A stretch of DNA of 37,671 bases from NCBI GenBank assembly GCA_944358125.1, contig CALVQM010000003.1:1-37671 (forward strand). The letters are read 5' to 3'. This document shows, piece after piece, positions 28,436 to 37,542 of the stretch. This DNA comes from an uncultured Bacilli bacterium (GTDB taxonomy: Bacteria; Bacillota_I; Bacilli_A; RF39; UBA660). The notes beneath the pieces were generated by a model. The model did no database searches. It saw nothing but the letters and a program-made list of their open reading frames with translations, and was not told the origin of the DNA. Positions within the stretch are counted from its first letter, which is position 1; the number at the start of each line of letters is the position of its first letter. The position numbers and the translations under genes are program-made.

Positions 28436-30292
28436 GTGATAATATTTTCGTGTCTTAAAAAAGAATTTGATTTATATGTAAAAGAAGGTATCATTAGTAA
28501 TAAGGTTTATGATGCTTATAAAGAAAAAATGGGTAAAAAAACAAAACTAAATCAAATTAAATCATGGGCTAATAGTTTACCTATGATGAGTTTTATATTG
28601 CAAGATTTACCTGATAATACTGGTATTAGTATTGAATTTAATATTCCTTTAACAAGTAAAAGAATTGATTTGGTAGTTAGTGGATATAATTTGAATCGCG
28701 AACCAGTTCTTCTTTTATTTGAACTTAAGCAGTGGGAAGTTATAAATGATGTTGCAAGTGAAGATGCAGTTATTAAAACAATAATTTCTAATAAAGAAAA
28801 GATTTCTTTACATCCTTCTTATCAAGTTCTGTGTTATGCTGAATTACTTTTAAATTACAATAAGTATATTGAAGAGAGTCATGTTCATGTTATTCCCCTT
28901 GTTTACTTACATAATTATTCTTTTAATAATGATGACCCCTTATTACTTAATAAATTTAAAAAATATTATACGAATGCTCCTATATATGGAAGTAACGATA
29001 AATATATGCTTCGAGCTATTGTAAATCACTATATTAAATTTGGAGATGATTTAAAATTAATAGAATATATTGATAATAGTGAAGTAAAGCCTAACAAAAA
29101 GTTATTGGATGCTATTGATAAAATGATCCAAGATAAAAAGGAATATACTTTACTTGATGAACAAAAAGTTATTGCGGAAGCTATAAAATGGGAAGCTAAA
29201 CAAGCATTCACTAATAATCAAAAAAGCGTTGTTATTGTGAGTGGTGGTCCCGGAACAGGTAAATCAGTACTTGCTATTAATTTGCTTGGGGAATTACTAA
29301 AATTAGGACTAATGGGTGCTTATGTTTCTAAAAATATGGCTCCTAGAAAGGTTTATAAAAATAGTTTGGTTTATAATAATGAAGTTAGTATTCATGAATT
29401 ATTTAAAAGTTTAGGTTATTTTTTTCGTGATCAAGAAAATAAATATGATTTTTTACTTGTAGATGAAGCGCATAGATTACAAGAAAAATCAGGTGTTCAT
29501 TATAATATTGGAGAAAATCAAATTAAAGAGATTATCCATGCTTCTAAACTTACTGTTTTTTTTGTTGATGAAGCTCAAATGGTTACTTTAAAGGATATTG
29601 GCACAATTAGTAATATAAAATATTTTGCTAAATTGGCGCATGCTAAAATATTAGAATATGAACTTACTAGTCAATTTCGGTGTAATGGAAGTGATTCTTA
29701 TTTAGATTTTGTTGAACATTTTTTATATAATAAAAAAGGAAGCTGTAAATTTCATTTTGATTTCCAGGTTCTTGATTCACCTAATGAATTAAGAGATTTG
29801 ATAAAGCTTAAAAATACTCATAATAACGCAAGGTTAGTTGCAGGTTTTTGTTGGAGGAGAGATGCACAGCAAGCGGATAATCAAGAGTTTATGGATATTA
29901 AAATTGGAGATTTTGAAGCTAGTTGGAATTTAAAACATGGGGAGCCATTTGCTACCAGAAAAAGTGCCATTAATGAGGTTGGTTGTATTCACAATGTTCA
30001 AGGATTAGAATTTGATTATATTGGCGTAATTATTGGGCCTGATTTGAAATACGAAAATAGAAAAGTAGTTGCTGATTATAAGAAGCGCGCTAATACAGAG
30101 AAATCATTATATGGACTTTATGTTTTAATGAAGCAAGATAAGGAATATTATGAACGTCTTGCTGATAAAATTATTCGTAATACTTACCGCGTCCTTTTAA
30201 CTAGAGGAATTAAGGGTTGCTATGTTTATGCCTGTGATCATAAATTAAATGAACATTTAAAGAAAATAGTAGAAAATAATTTTATTTCTTAA
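28436..30292 (+). CDS. DUF2075 (Schlafen group 3-like) helicase with N-terminal nuclease-like region
   Basis: SWANSL, RIDL...ELKQW, HPSYQ, Walker A GGPGTGKS, VDEAHRL, SQFRCNGS, VGCIH.VQGLEFDY, NTYRVLLTRG. Confidence 0.88.
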   Translation: MIIFSCLKKEFDLYVKEGIISNKVYDAYKEKMGKKTKLNQIKSWANSLPMMSFILQDLPDNTGISIEFNIPLTSKRIDLVVSGYNLNREPVLLLFELKQWEVINDVASEDAVIKTIISNKEKISLHPSYQVLCYAELLLNYNKYIEESHVHVIPLVYLHNYSFNNDDPLLLNKFKKYYTNAPIYGSNDKYMLRAIVNHYIKFGDDLKLIEYIDNSEVKPNKKLLDAIDKMIQDKKEYTLLDEQKVIAEAIKWEAKQAFTNNQKSVVIVSGGPGTGKSVLAINLLGELLKLGLMGAYVSKNMAPRKVYKNSLVYNNEVSIHELFKSLGYFFRDQENKYDFLLVDEAHRLQEKSGVHYNIGENQIKEIIHASKLTVFFVDEAQMVTLKDIGTISNIKYFAKLAHAKILEYELTSQFRCNGSDSYLDFVEHFLYNKKGSCKFHFDFQVLDSPNELRDLIKLKNTHNNARLVAGFCWRRDAQQADNQEFMDIKIGDFEASWNLKHGEPFATRKSAINEVGCIHNVQGLEFDYIGVIIGPDLKYENRKVVADYKKRANTEKSLYGLYVLMKQDKEYYERLADKIIRNTYRVLLTRGIKGCYVYACDHKLNEHLKKIVENNFIS

Positions 30293-30295
30293 TTT

Positions 30296-30320
30296 AAAAA
30301 AATGCAAAATTATTGCATTT
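30296..30320. terminator. Hairpin between convergent genes
   Basis: AAATGCAA-aatta-TTGCATTT preceded by an A-run. Confidence 0.45.
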
Positions 30321-31374
30321 CATAAGTTCTTTTATAGGTTGCTTCTTTTAAATCACAAGTTGGTATAAATCCAGGAGGTGCTAGAATAACATCAGGAATT
30401 CTATTTACAATATCAGCACAAGTAAGTTTTACCGTATCTGGTTTATTAATAGTTAAGGTAGTATTTGGTTCACCATAAATAGTCCATTCGTTTTTATCAT
30501 ATTCATTTTCACTATAAATTTTACCAATACATTCAGCTTCAATTATTATTCCTTCTTTTGTTTCTAGAGTCGTTATAGCACTCATACCAGTCGCATAGCC
30601 TTTTTGGATATTCATATTTAGAGTGTTACTAAATAAGTCTTCAGTGCTTGTTGTAGGAACACACTTTTGCGTTATTCTAATTGGGGTTAATTGCATTTTA
30701 TCTGCTATCCAACTAGCGGCATTCCACATGTAGGAAGCATTAAATTTTCTTTCCATTATTAGTTTGTGTCTTTCTTCATCACTTATATTATCCGAAGAAG
30801 CAATAGTAGCAGTAAATTCTTCTATTGATAATCCTGCACCATGAGCTTTAGCTAGAGCTAGACCATAATCTTCGACATTATAAGAGCTACTTCCTTTTAT
30901 TTTTGTAATATTATGCGTAGAAGCGGCTAAATTAGTTATTAAATTACCCCAAAAGATATCTTGATATCCACAACCTGTAATAGTTACACCATAGGATTTG
31001 GCTAGAATATTTAATTCTTTATAAAGAGTAGGATTGGAGCTTTCGGCATAAAAACATTCTTCAGCACTCGTAATAACATTTACGCCATTCATGATACACG
31101 TTCTTATTACACCTTCTATATCATTTAAATAACTTAATGTTGTAATAACAGCAATATCTGGTTTGGTATCTTTTAGTAAGGTATCTAGTTTTTGGGCATC
31201 ATTAATAATAATTTCTTTAGAATCAGTCCCTATAATTTTGCCGATATCATTTCCTATAATATCTTTGTTTATATCAACTGCCCCAACTACAATTCCTCCT
31301 AAATCATAAATATATTTCATAATATATTTACTCATTTTTCCACAACCAATTTGAAATACTCTAATTTGTTTCAT
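30310..31374 (-). CDS. NAD(P)-dependent dehydrogenase, 2,4-diaminopentanoate dehydrogenase/DapB-like family
   Basis: Rossmann [42 protein letters not shown]. Confidence 0.75.
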   Translation of the reverse strand: MKQIRVFQIGCGKMSKYIMKYIYDLGGIVVGAVDINKDIIGNDIGKIIGTDSKEIIINDAQKLDTLLKDTKPDIAVITTLSYLNDIEGVIRTCIMNGVNVITSAEECFYAESSNPTLYKELNILAKSYGVTITGCGYQDIFWGNLITNLAASTHNITKIKGSSSYNVEDYGLALAKAHGAGLSIEEFTATIASSDNISDEERHKLIMERKFNASYMWNAASWIADKMQLTPIRITQKCVPTTSTEDLFSNTLNMNIQKGYATGMSAITTLETKEGIIIEAECIGKIYSENEYDKNEWTIYGEPNTTLTINKPDTVKLTCADIVNRIPDVILAPPGFIPTCDLKEATYKRTYEMQ

Positions 31375-32275
31375 TTAAATCAACCCCTTCTTCTCTTATC
31401 ATATCTTTAAATTCTACTTTAAAACTTTCAATAGCTTTTAATCTTGCATCATCATAAATATTTTTGGCATTACATATAGCTTTATAAAAATGTTTTAAAG
31501 TTACGTTTTTTTTATTATCATATAAAGCAAAAGTAAAAGCATTAGATACAATGGTTAAACAAATATCTGGATAACGGGAAGCAATTTCATAAACTCTTTT
31601 GTACTCATCAGTCATTTCTACAATAAAACGCATTATTTTTTCTTTTACAAAATCGGTATATTCACATTTTACACCGGTAGTTGCTTCTATTTTAGGAAGA
31701 GTTCCCATTAAAATTTGGACTGTTGTATCTTTATCGGTTTCTAGGACTTCAATTTTTTGGAAACGTCTTAAAAAAGCTCGATCTCTTAAAATGTAGTGTT
31801 CATATTCTTCAGTAGTAGTAGCACCAATCATTTTGATTGTTCCACGATCCAGGCCAGCTTTTAACATATTAGCAAAGTCCATTCCGCCATCTTTATTTAC
31901 TAATAAATGAGTTTCATCAATAAAAATGATAGTATCTTTTTTCTTTGCTAATTCTCTTACTAATAAGTCAATACGATTTTCTTGACCTATTTCGCTTGAA
32001 GTACTGCCAATTAAACTAGAAATATTAATTTTAATTATTTGATAATTTAATAAAACATCGGGAACGTAACCTTTAATGATACGGTAAGCTAAACCCTCGA
32101 CAATGGCTGTTTTACCTATTCCTGGTTTACCTACTAAAAGAGCACTTTTTTCCGGAGTTAAAAGAGCTAAAATCACTTGCTTGATTTCACTGTCTCTTCC
32201 TATGGCGGGGTCAGTAATATACTCTTTTTCTGTTAAATTCTCACCGTAACGCTCTAACATACTAATTTCTTCCAT
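31361..32275 (-). CDS. Single-domain Clp/Hsp100-like AAA+ ATPase (D1 only)
   Basis: [51 protein letters not shown]; no N-domain, M-domain or D2. Confidence 0.85.
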   Translation of the reverse strand: MEEISMLERYGENLTEKEYITDPAIGRDSEIKQVILALLTPEKSALLVGKPGIGKTAIVEGLAYRIIKGYVPDVLLNYQIIKINISSLIGSTSSEIGQENRIDLLVRELAKKKDTIIFIDETHLLVNKDGGMDFANMLKAGLDRGTIKMIGATTTEEYEHYILRDRAFLRRFQKIEVLETDKDTTVQILMGTLPKIEATTGVKCEYTDFVKEKIMRFIVEMTDEYKRVYEIASRYPDICLTIVSNAFTFALYDNKKNVTLKHFYKAICNAKNIYDDARLKAIESFKVEFKDMIREEGVDLNETN

Positions 32276-32323
32276 ATTATGATCACCTATTCTATTTTTA
32301 TTATATCATTTTTTCTGAAAAAT

Positions 32324-32351
32324 AAAAAGCAAATCATAAGCGATTTACTTT
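32324..32351 (-). terminator. Intrinsic terminator after desulfoferrodoxin
   Basis: Minus strand AAAGTAAATC-gcttat-GATTTGCTTT followed by Ts. Confidence 0.6.
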
Positions 32352-32353
32352 AA

Positions 32354-32728
32354 TTATTTTATCCATAAGCCATGCAAATTGCAATAAGCATAGGCAGATA
32401 TTACGGATTCGTCTTTTAATAAAGCAAAATTAGCAATAGGTTCTTCACCAGGACGCAATTTTACTCTTTTTATACCATTTGAAGTTTCAAGATAAATCCA
32501 TTCAATATAATGAGCTTCTTCCATGGGATGAAGAACACTACCTACAGTGACTTTAACTATACTATCTTCTATTTCTACAACTGGTATATGTTTTTCAGTT
32601 GCAGCTTCTACACTATTAGGAGTAAGTTCGTTCATATCTGTTCCACAACAAATTGGTGTTACGCCACTATCGTTAATCATTTCAATTAAATTACCACAGC
32701 GACGGCATAATAAGAATTTACGTTTCAT
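32354..32728 (-). CDS. Desulfoferrodoxin / superoxide reductase
   Basis: CxxCGN...CCG centre I; EKHIP, HPM..HYIEWI, YCNLHGLW centre II. Confidence 0.95.
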   Translation of the reverse strand: MKRKFLLCRRCGNLIEMINDSGVTPICCGTDMNELTPNSVEAATEKHIPVVEIEDSIVKVTVGSVLHPMEEAHYIEWIYLETSNGIKRVKLRPGEEPIANFALLKDESVISAYAYCNLHGLWIK

Positions 32729-32880
32729 ATACTACCCTCCAATATAAGATTATCAAAGATAGGAAAAAAAAGCTAGAATAAAATTATACTCTTTACATTT
32801 TATAGTAAATTAAATTTTAACTATGATGTTTATATTTTGATAAATTTGTGGTAAACTAATAAAGATAGGAAGATTGATCT

Positions 32881-33189
32881 ATGAAAGCGAAAGTTTTAAT
32901 AGCATTATTAGTAGTTGTTAGTATTTTACTTATATATAGTATGATTTGTTATAATTTGCTTAATACAAGAATTCAAATAGATACAAAATATATTATTGAT
33001 AATTATTTACAGGTGAATTACCCAGAGATTGATACTTATGAATATGTGAAGGCTGTTAGTACTAAAAAAGATACATTTCAAGTTTTGATAAAAGCAGATA
33101 AAGATTATTACACTTTTTATTTTAGTAATATAAATAAAGCTTATCAATTACTTGATGTAGAAAAGAGAACAGCAAATTATAATATTTAA
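32881..33189 (+). CDS. Small hypothetical protein with N-terminal TM/signal segment
   Basis: MKAKVLIALLVVVSILLIY then a soluble domain; AGGA RBS. Confidence 0.65.
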   Translation: MKAKVLIALLVVVSILLIYSMICYNLLNTRIQIDTKYIIDNYLQVNYPEIDTYEYVKAVSTKKDTFQVLIKADKDYYTFYFSNINKAYQLLDVEKRTANYNI

Positions 33190-33195
33190 AAAAAA

Positions 33196-33780
33196 TTACT
33201 TGGTATTAGTAATTTTTTCATTCACTTTTAAATGTTTTGATAATTCTTTATAAATTTTTACTATTCTAATTAAAATTTCTTTATTATCAATTTCTAAATC
33301 ATTGCAAGCGATAAGAGTTGCAAGGCCATTAGCATATAACCAGACATTCATAAATAGCGTTTTAGCTTCATCAAAAGTAAGACTATGTTTATTTACGAGA
33401 TTAATAATGGTTGACTGATTCCATTTCTCATTTAAAACATCATCTATGCTTGTCCATTTTAAATTATTGGATAAAAACATACATTTAAAATAATTTTTGT
33501 GCATCTCGGCAAATTCGACATAGGCAACACATACCGTAATTAAAGCATTTTTGTTATCAACACGTTTCATGATAAATTCATCATATTCTTTTTTAATAAT
33601 TTCATTGATATCATTTTTTAATTCATCTAAACTTTTATAAATACGATAAATTGGTTTGGTAGATATACCGGCATTAGAAGCCAAGTCTCTAGCATTAATA
33701 CTTTCTATACCATCACTCTCTACCATTTTAATTGCAATTTTTAATAATGTTTTTTTGTCAATTATACTCTTTCCAGCCAT
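33196..33780 (-). CDS. TetR/AcrR-family transcriptional regulator
   Basis: GIESINARDLA...GISTKPIYR.YKS HTH; start ATG 33780 or GTG 33789. Confidence 0.9.
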   Translation of the reverse strand: MAGKSIIDKKTLLKIAIKMVESDGIESINARDLASNAGISTKPIYRIYKSLDELKNDINEIIKKEYDEFIMKRVDNKNALITVCVAYVEFAEMHKNYFKCMFLSNNLKWTSIDDVLNEKWNQSTIINLVNKHSLTFDEAKTLFMNVWLYANGLATLIACNDLEIDNKEILIRIVKIYKELSKHLKVNEKITNTK

Positions 33781-33803
33781 TTTCACCACCCTTTACTTTA
33801 CAT

Positions 33804-33849
33804 TGGTAACTTATGTTATCATTATAATAAAATTAACAGTTTTTGTCAA
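33804..33849 (-). promoter_or_regulatory. Consensus promoter with candidate TetR autoregulatory operator
   Basis: TTGACA (33844-33849), 17 bp, TATAAT (33821-33826); near-palindrome TGATAAC-ataa-GTTACCA (33804-33821) over the start site. Confidence 0.7.
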
Positions 33850-33877
33850 ATTAAAACAAATACAATTTTGTACTTGC

Positions 33878-35179
33878 TTAATCTTTTTTGACTTTAATAA
33901 TGAATTGATAGATATCATTTAAATCTGTTTCTTCTAATGAAATATTAAATCCTCTTTCTTCTAAAGCATCTTTTAATTCACGAACGGTATTAATCGCTGT
34001 TTTTAAATCAATGCCTAGTTTTTCTTCTTGTTTTTCTTCATAATCAGGATCAAGTGTATCGATTAAATTTACAGGATCAAATATTTCTTTGTTATTATCG
34101 GTTGGATTTTCACTCACTTGAGAACCAAAATTATTATTTAAAATGGGACTTGAAGGGTTTGGCTCTCTTTCTTCTGCTATTTTTTCCATAGGTTCAAAGT
34201 TAGATACTACATCTGGCTTTGCTTCTATAGATTCTGAAATGGCTTCTTCTTTGGTTTCAGGGGTAGTTTTAGGTAAATCAATATTTATAGCTGGTGTTTT
34301 TAAAACTGGTTCTTCCATATTCATATTTACTTTTTCATTTTCTAGGAAATTAAAGAAGTTTCCTTTAGAGTCATTCGTTGCTTGATCTACCGGAATGACA
34401 TCAGGATTAAACATTTTTTCTCTTTCAATTTCGCGTAACTTACGAGCTATATCACTTTCTTCATTCACACTTGGTATTTCAGTTGCATGTTTTCTTATGG
34501 CTTCAATATCAATATTTTTTACTAATGGCACATCTGTTTCGTCTTCTTCTTGACTTGTTTCTTCATTTAGTTTTTTTAGTTCATTATCAAGTTCTCTTAC
34601 TGTCATACGTTCATTAATAATTCGTTTTAACCATTTTCTTTGTTCTTCATGAGTTGGTAAAACAAGTAAGCTTCTGGCATGACGTTCACTAATTTTATTT
34701 TCGATTAGGGCTTGCTGAACTTCTTCATCTAAATTTAATAAACGTAATTTATTAGCTATAGCACTTTGAGATAAGCCCATTTTTTTGGCTAGTTCAGCTT
34801 GAGTTAAATATCCTTTATCTAATAAATTTTTATAGCTTCTCGCTTCTTCTATGGCTGATAAATCTCTTCTTTGAACATTTTCTACTATAGCTACTTCGGC
34901 ACTCTTATTATCATCAACATCAGCAATAACAGCGGGTACTTTAGTTAGCCCTGCCATAGTAGCTGCTTTATATCTTCTTTCACCAGCGATTATTTCGTAT
35001 TTATCATTTACTCTTCTTAATACTAATGGTTGAATAATACCATGTTGCTTAATGGAACTAGCAAGTTCTTCTAAACCACGATCATCAAATTGAAGTCGTG
35101 GCTGAAAACGATTAGGTATTATTTCATCAATTGGTACTTGTAAAATATTTTGTTCTAAATTCACTTTCATCAGCCCCAT
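33878..35179 (-). CDS. ParB-family CTPase, nucleoid-occlusion (Noc)-like, with a long acidic insertion
   Basis: PNRFQPR, IIAGERR, ENVQR, QSAIANKLRLL (Noc-type HTH), ISERHARSLL; Noc-like C-terminal domain AINTVR...GF....E......FIIKV. Confidence 0.8.
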   Translation of the reverse strand: MGLMKVNLEQNILQVPIDEIIPNRFQPRLQFDDRGLEELASSIKQHGIIQPLVLRRVNDKYEIIAGERRYKAATMAGLTKVPAVIADVDDNKSAEVAIVENVQRRDLSAIEEARSYKNLLDKGYLTQAELAKKMGLSQSAIANKLRLLNLDEEVQQALIENKISERHARSLLVLPTHEEQRKWLKRIINERMTVRELDNELKKLNEETSQEEDETDVPLVKNIDIEAIRKHATEIPSVNEESDIARKLREIEREKMFNPDVIPVDQATNDSKGNFFNFLENEKVNMNMEEPVLKTPAINIDLPKTTPETKEEAISESIEAKPDVVSNFEPMEKIAEEREPNPSSPILNNNFGSQVSENPTDNNKEIFDPVNLIDTLDPDYEEKQEEKLGIDLKTAINTVRELKDALEERGFNISLEETDLNDIYQFIIKVKKD

Positions 35180-35227
35180 TTGCTTATATTTAATTTTAAC
35201 ATTTTTTTAGAACATTTTCAACTAGCA

Positions 35228-35252
35228 AAAAGAAAAAGGGAGCTTAAGCTCC
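35228..35252 (-). terminator. Terminator overlapping the surface-protein stop codon
   Basis: GGAGC-ttaa-GCTCC followed by CTTTTTCTTTT on the minus strand. Confidence 0.55.
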
Positions 35253-36704
35253 AACTACTTTGAATGGATCAGAAGTACTGCCACTACCTGTCATAGCAAT
35301 GGCTGATTTCAGACTAATTACGGGGCTTACTCCATTCGGGAAAGCCACGCTATTGCTGCCAAGGACGCCAGATGAAGACACATAGAACACTAGAGCAGTG
35401 CCACCGCCAATGCAATACGGAGACATAGTCCAATAATTTTGCCCTGTATATAAATAACTATTCCCACTTCCTGCTAATACATATTCATCAAATGTTATTA
35501 AGCCTATTGGATTTGGTAGTTTTTCATTATCTTGGGATAGTATATCTTCACTATTGCATTGTAAACTTGCTTGACCATTCCTTCTATCAGATGGTGCATA
35601 ATCAAAACTGCTATCCGTATAGCTATCTCCGCTTGCCATATTTCTATCACTACAGAATCCTGTTCCTGTATCGATATATTTTGCTTCATAACTTGCTAAA
35701 TTACTGTTATACCAATTATTTAAGTTTGTCATTATTGTACTATTTTGGCCATAGCCATGTTGACTACTTCCATCGTACACCAACCCTACATAAGTTTTAT
35801 TATTGGATGAACTATTGAATGCACTAGTTCCTATTTGCGTTCCCGCTCCTGTTGTATTAGCTCTCGTTCCTTGATAGATCATTCTAATTGAACCGTCTCC
35901 ATTAATCCTTATAATTCGCCAATAGAACCCTGCAAAAGACACCCAGTTATTTGGATTAGCTCCAGTATAGTAATAAGTAACACCCAGTCCATTATTTGTC
36001 CAATCTGTTATTTGCCCTTGAGTAGGACTTGCTGATAATATTATATCACTCACTTTATACCCAATTGTAACCTCTTTACTTTGACTTTCAGAAACATTTC
36101 CGGCTGCATCTTCTACTCTTACTGTTATAGTATGAACACTATTCTTTTCTAATTCTTCAAATGTATAACTATTTTCTTCTGTTCTTATTTCTTCTTCATT
36201 ATCTAACTTATAATAGTAATAATATACCCCTATATTATCAGTAGCATTTAATTCAATAGTTACACTAGTATCATTATCGCTACTGCTATTAATAGTATTT
36301 ATTACTGGTTTCTCACTATCTGGTATTAAATCAAAATAGACACTACATTTTGTCCCTTTATAATTCATATTCATAAAGGATAAATTACCATCTTCATATA
36401 CTATTTCTCCTCCAGCATCTTTATCATTTACTTCACATGTAGATTGTTCTGTATTTAATGTATATCCCACATGGGGTGCTTTATCAGCACTTATAGTTTC
36501 TGTTCCTTTATTTAAATAAAAAGCTAATATATTAAAGTCAGATGGTGAAAAATTAATAGTTCCCTGTATTAAAGGAATACTTTCTGTAGTTCTATATTTT
36601 GCTCTTGTAAAATTAAGTATAATTGCACTAATCACTCCTACCACTATTAAAGCAATTATAATATTTCTCTTTAAATGACTTCTTTTTAATACCTCATATT
36701 TCAT
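35244..36704 (-). CDS. Membrane-anchored surface protein: N-terminal TM, Ig/Fn3-like domain, C-terminal CLec-like domain; putative DGR target
   Basis: KRNIIIALIVVGVISAIIL anchor; ATDNIGV..YYY...YTF.EL.....HTITVRVEDAAGN; WRIIRINGDGSIR; YWTMSP...GVSPVISL. Confidence 0.8.
   Translation of the reverse strand: MKYEVLKRSHLKRNIIIALIVVGVISAIILNFTRAKYRTTESIPLIQGTINFSPSDFNILAFYLNKGTETISADKAPHVGYTLNTEQSTCEVNDKDAGGEIVYEDGNLSFMNMNYKGTKCSVYFDLIPDSEKPVINTINSSSDNDTSVTIELNATDNIGVYYYYYKLDNEEEIRTEENSYTFEELEKNSVHTITVRVEDAAGNVSESQSKEVTIGYKVSDIILSASPTQGQITDWTNNGLGVTYYYTGANPNNWVSFAGFYWRIIRINGDGSIRMIYQGTRANTTGAGTQIGTSAFNSSSNNKTYVGLVYDGSSQHGYGQNSTIMTNLNNWYNSNLASYEAKYIDTGTGFCSDRNMASGDSYTDSSFDYAPSDRRNGQASLQCNSEDILSQDNEKLPNPIGLITFDEYVLAGSGNSYLYTGQNYWTMSPYCIGGGTALVFYVSSSGVLGSNSVAFPNGVSPVISLKSAIAMTGSGSTSDPFKVVGA
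35315..35435 (-). other. DGR variable-region-like segment
   Basis: 55 G/C in 35321-35420 by hand count, far above the surroundings; run of NNY codons between YWTMSP and GVSPV. Confidence 0.55.
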
Positions 36705-36779
36705 TCTTAAATCTCCTTTATGAAGTTCTGCTTCATTTATTTACCCATTAAAAAGTCTTACTATATTAATGAGTCTCCT

Positions 36780-36821
36780 AGCTTATAGTTAAATTATAAG
36801 CTTGGCTATGTCAAAAGTCAA
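36780..36821 (-). promoter_or_regulatory. Promoter of the surface-protein gene with a palindrome over the -10
   Basis: TTGACT (36816-36821), 17 bp, TATAAT (36793-36798); IR AGCTTATA (36780-36787) / TATAAGCT (36795-36802). Confidence 0.65.
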
Positions 36822-36885
36822 GAAAATTCTCATTATTAGGATACTTATTTTCAAATAGTAAATTGTATATGAGACAATTTTTACG

Positions 36886-37353
36886 GTGATGGAAATGATA
36901 TATGGCAATAAATTGAAAGTTTTAAGAGAAAGAACTGGATTTACTCAAGAAAAATTAGGTGAATATATTGGCGTAACAAAACAAGCTTTTAATCATTTTG
37001 AAAACGAATATACTATCATTCCTATTAAGCATTTGAATGATATATGTAATTATTTTGATGTATCATTGGATTATATTTTTAATTTGACTGAAATTAAAAA
37101 GTACGATAATTATAGCAAAGTTATTCATACAGATCTCATGGTAAAAAGGTTAAAAGAATTTCGTAAAGAAAACAAGCTTTCACAAGAAAAATTAGCAACC
37201 ATTTTAAATGTTGCTAAAGGAACTATAGGTAATTATGAAAGCAACAGAGGAATTATTGCTACTCCTTTTTTATATACCATTTGTAAAAAATATAACATTT
37301 CTGCTGACTATCTTTTAGGCAAAATTGATAGCCCTAAATATCTAAATAAGTAG
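36886..37353 (+). CDS. Tandem double XRE-HTH transcriptional regulator
   Basis: Two HTH_3 repeats: LKVLRERTGFTQEKLG...DVSLDYIF and LKEFRKENKLSQEKLA...NISADYLLG; divergent from the surface-protein gene. Confidence 0.88.
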   Translation: MMEMIYGNKLKVLRERTGFTQEKLGEYIGVTKQAFNHFENEYTIIPIKHLNDICNYFDVSLDYIFNLTEIKKYDNYSKVIHTDLMVKRLKEFRKENKLSQEKLATILNVAKGTIGNYESNRGIIATPFLYTICKKYNISADYLLGKIDSPKYLNK

Positions 37354-37381
37354 ATATTTTTTTGTTTTCGACACAGATGCC

Positions 37382-37412
37382 AAAAAGCGTCGGAATTTGT
37401 CGAACGCTTTTT
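37382..37412. terminator. Bidirectional terminator-like hairpin
   Basis: AAAAAGCGT-cggaatttgtcga-ACGCTTTTT. Confidence 0.6.
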
Positions 37413-37413
37413 C

Positions 37414-37442
37414 TTGATTTTTTAAGTACTATACTTCATAAT
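37414..37442 (+). promoter_or_regulatory. Candidate sigma-A promoter for a structured leader and small ORF
   Basis: TTGATT (37414-37419), 17 bp, CATAAT (37437-37442). Confidence 0.5.
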
Positions 37443-37542
37443 AGTAACTTGAGCATTGGGGCTAATGCTTTTACTTATATAATTGGCTATTTCTTACCTC
37501 CTTTACTCCTTGGGGTTTTGGTGAGTCGGAAAGGAGCTCTCT

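Noticed and set aside
30310-31374. Calling this gene dapB or part of an ornithine (ord-ort) pathway
   Set aside because: It lacks the DapB substrate motif (E.HH..K.DAPSGTA), and no ornithine aminomutase or ortAB genes are nearby; substrate left open
35280-35303. GCCATTGCT/GGTAGTGGC stem as the DGR post-IMH hairpin
   Set aside because: Only 6 of 9 pairs are Watson-Crick and it is in coding sequence; too weak without a TR to define the IMH
358-35818. Short alternative-strand or alternative-frame ORFs in the track (e.g. 358-573, 4435-4629, 8008-8226, 9227-9508, 19269-19562, 24556-24855, 34143-34385, 35492-35818, 35504-35689)
   Set aside because: They overlap well-supported genes and show no recognisable motifs; treated as shadow ORFs
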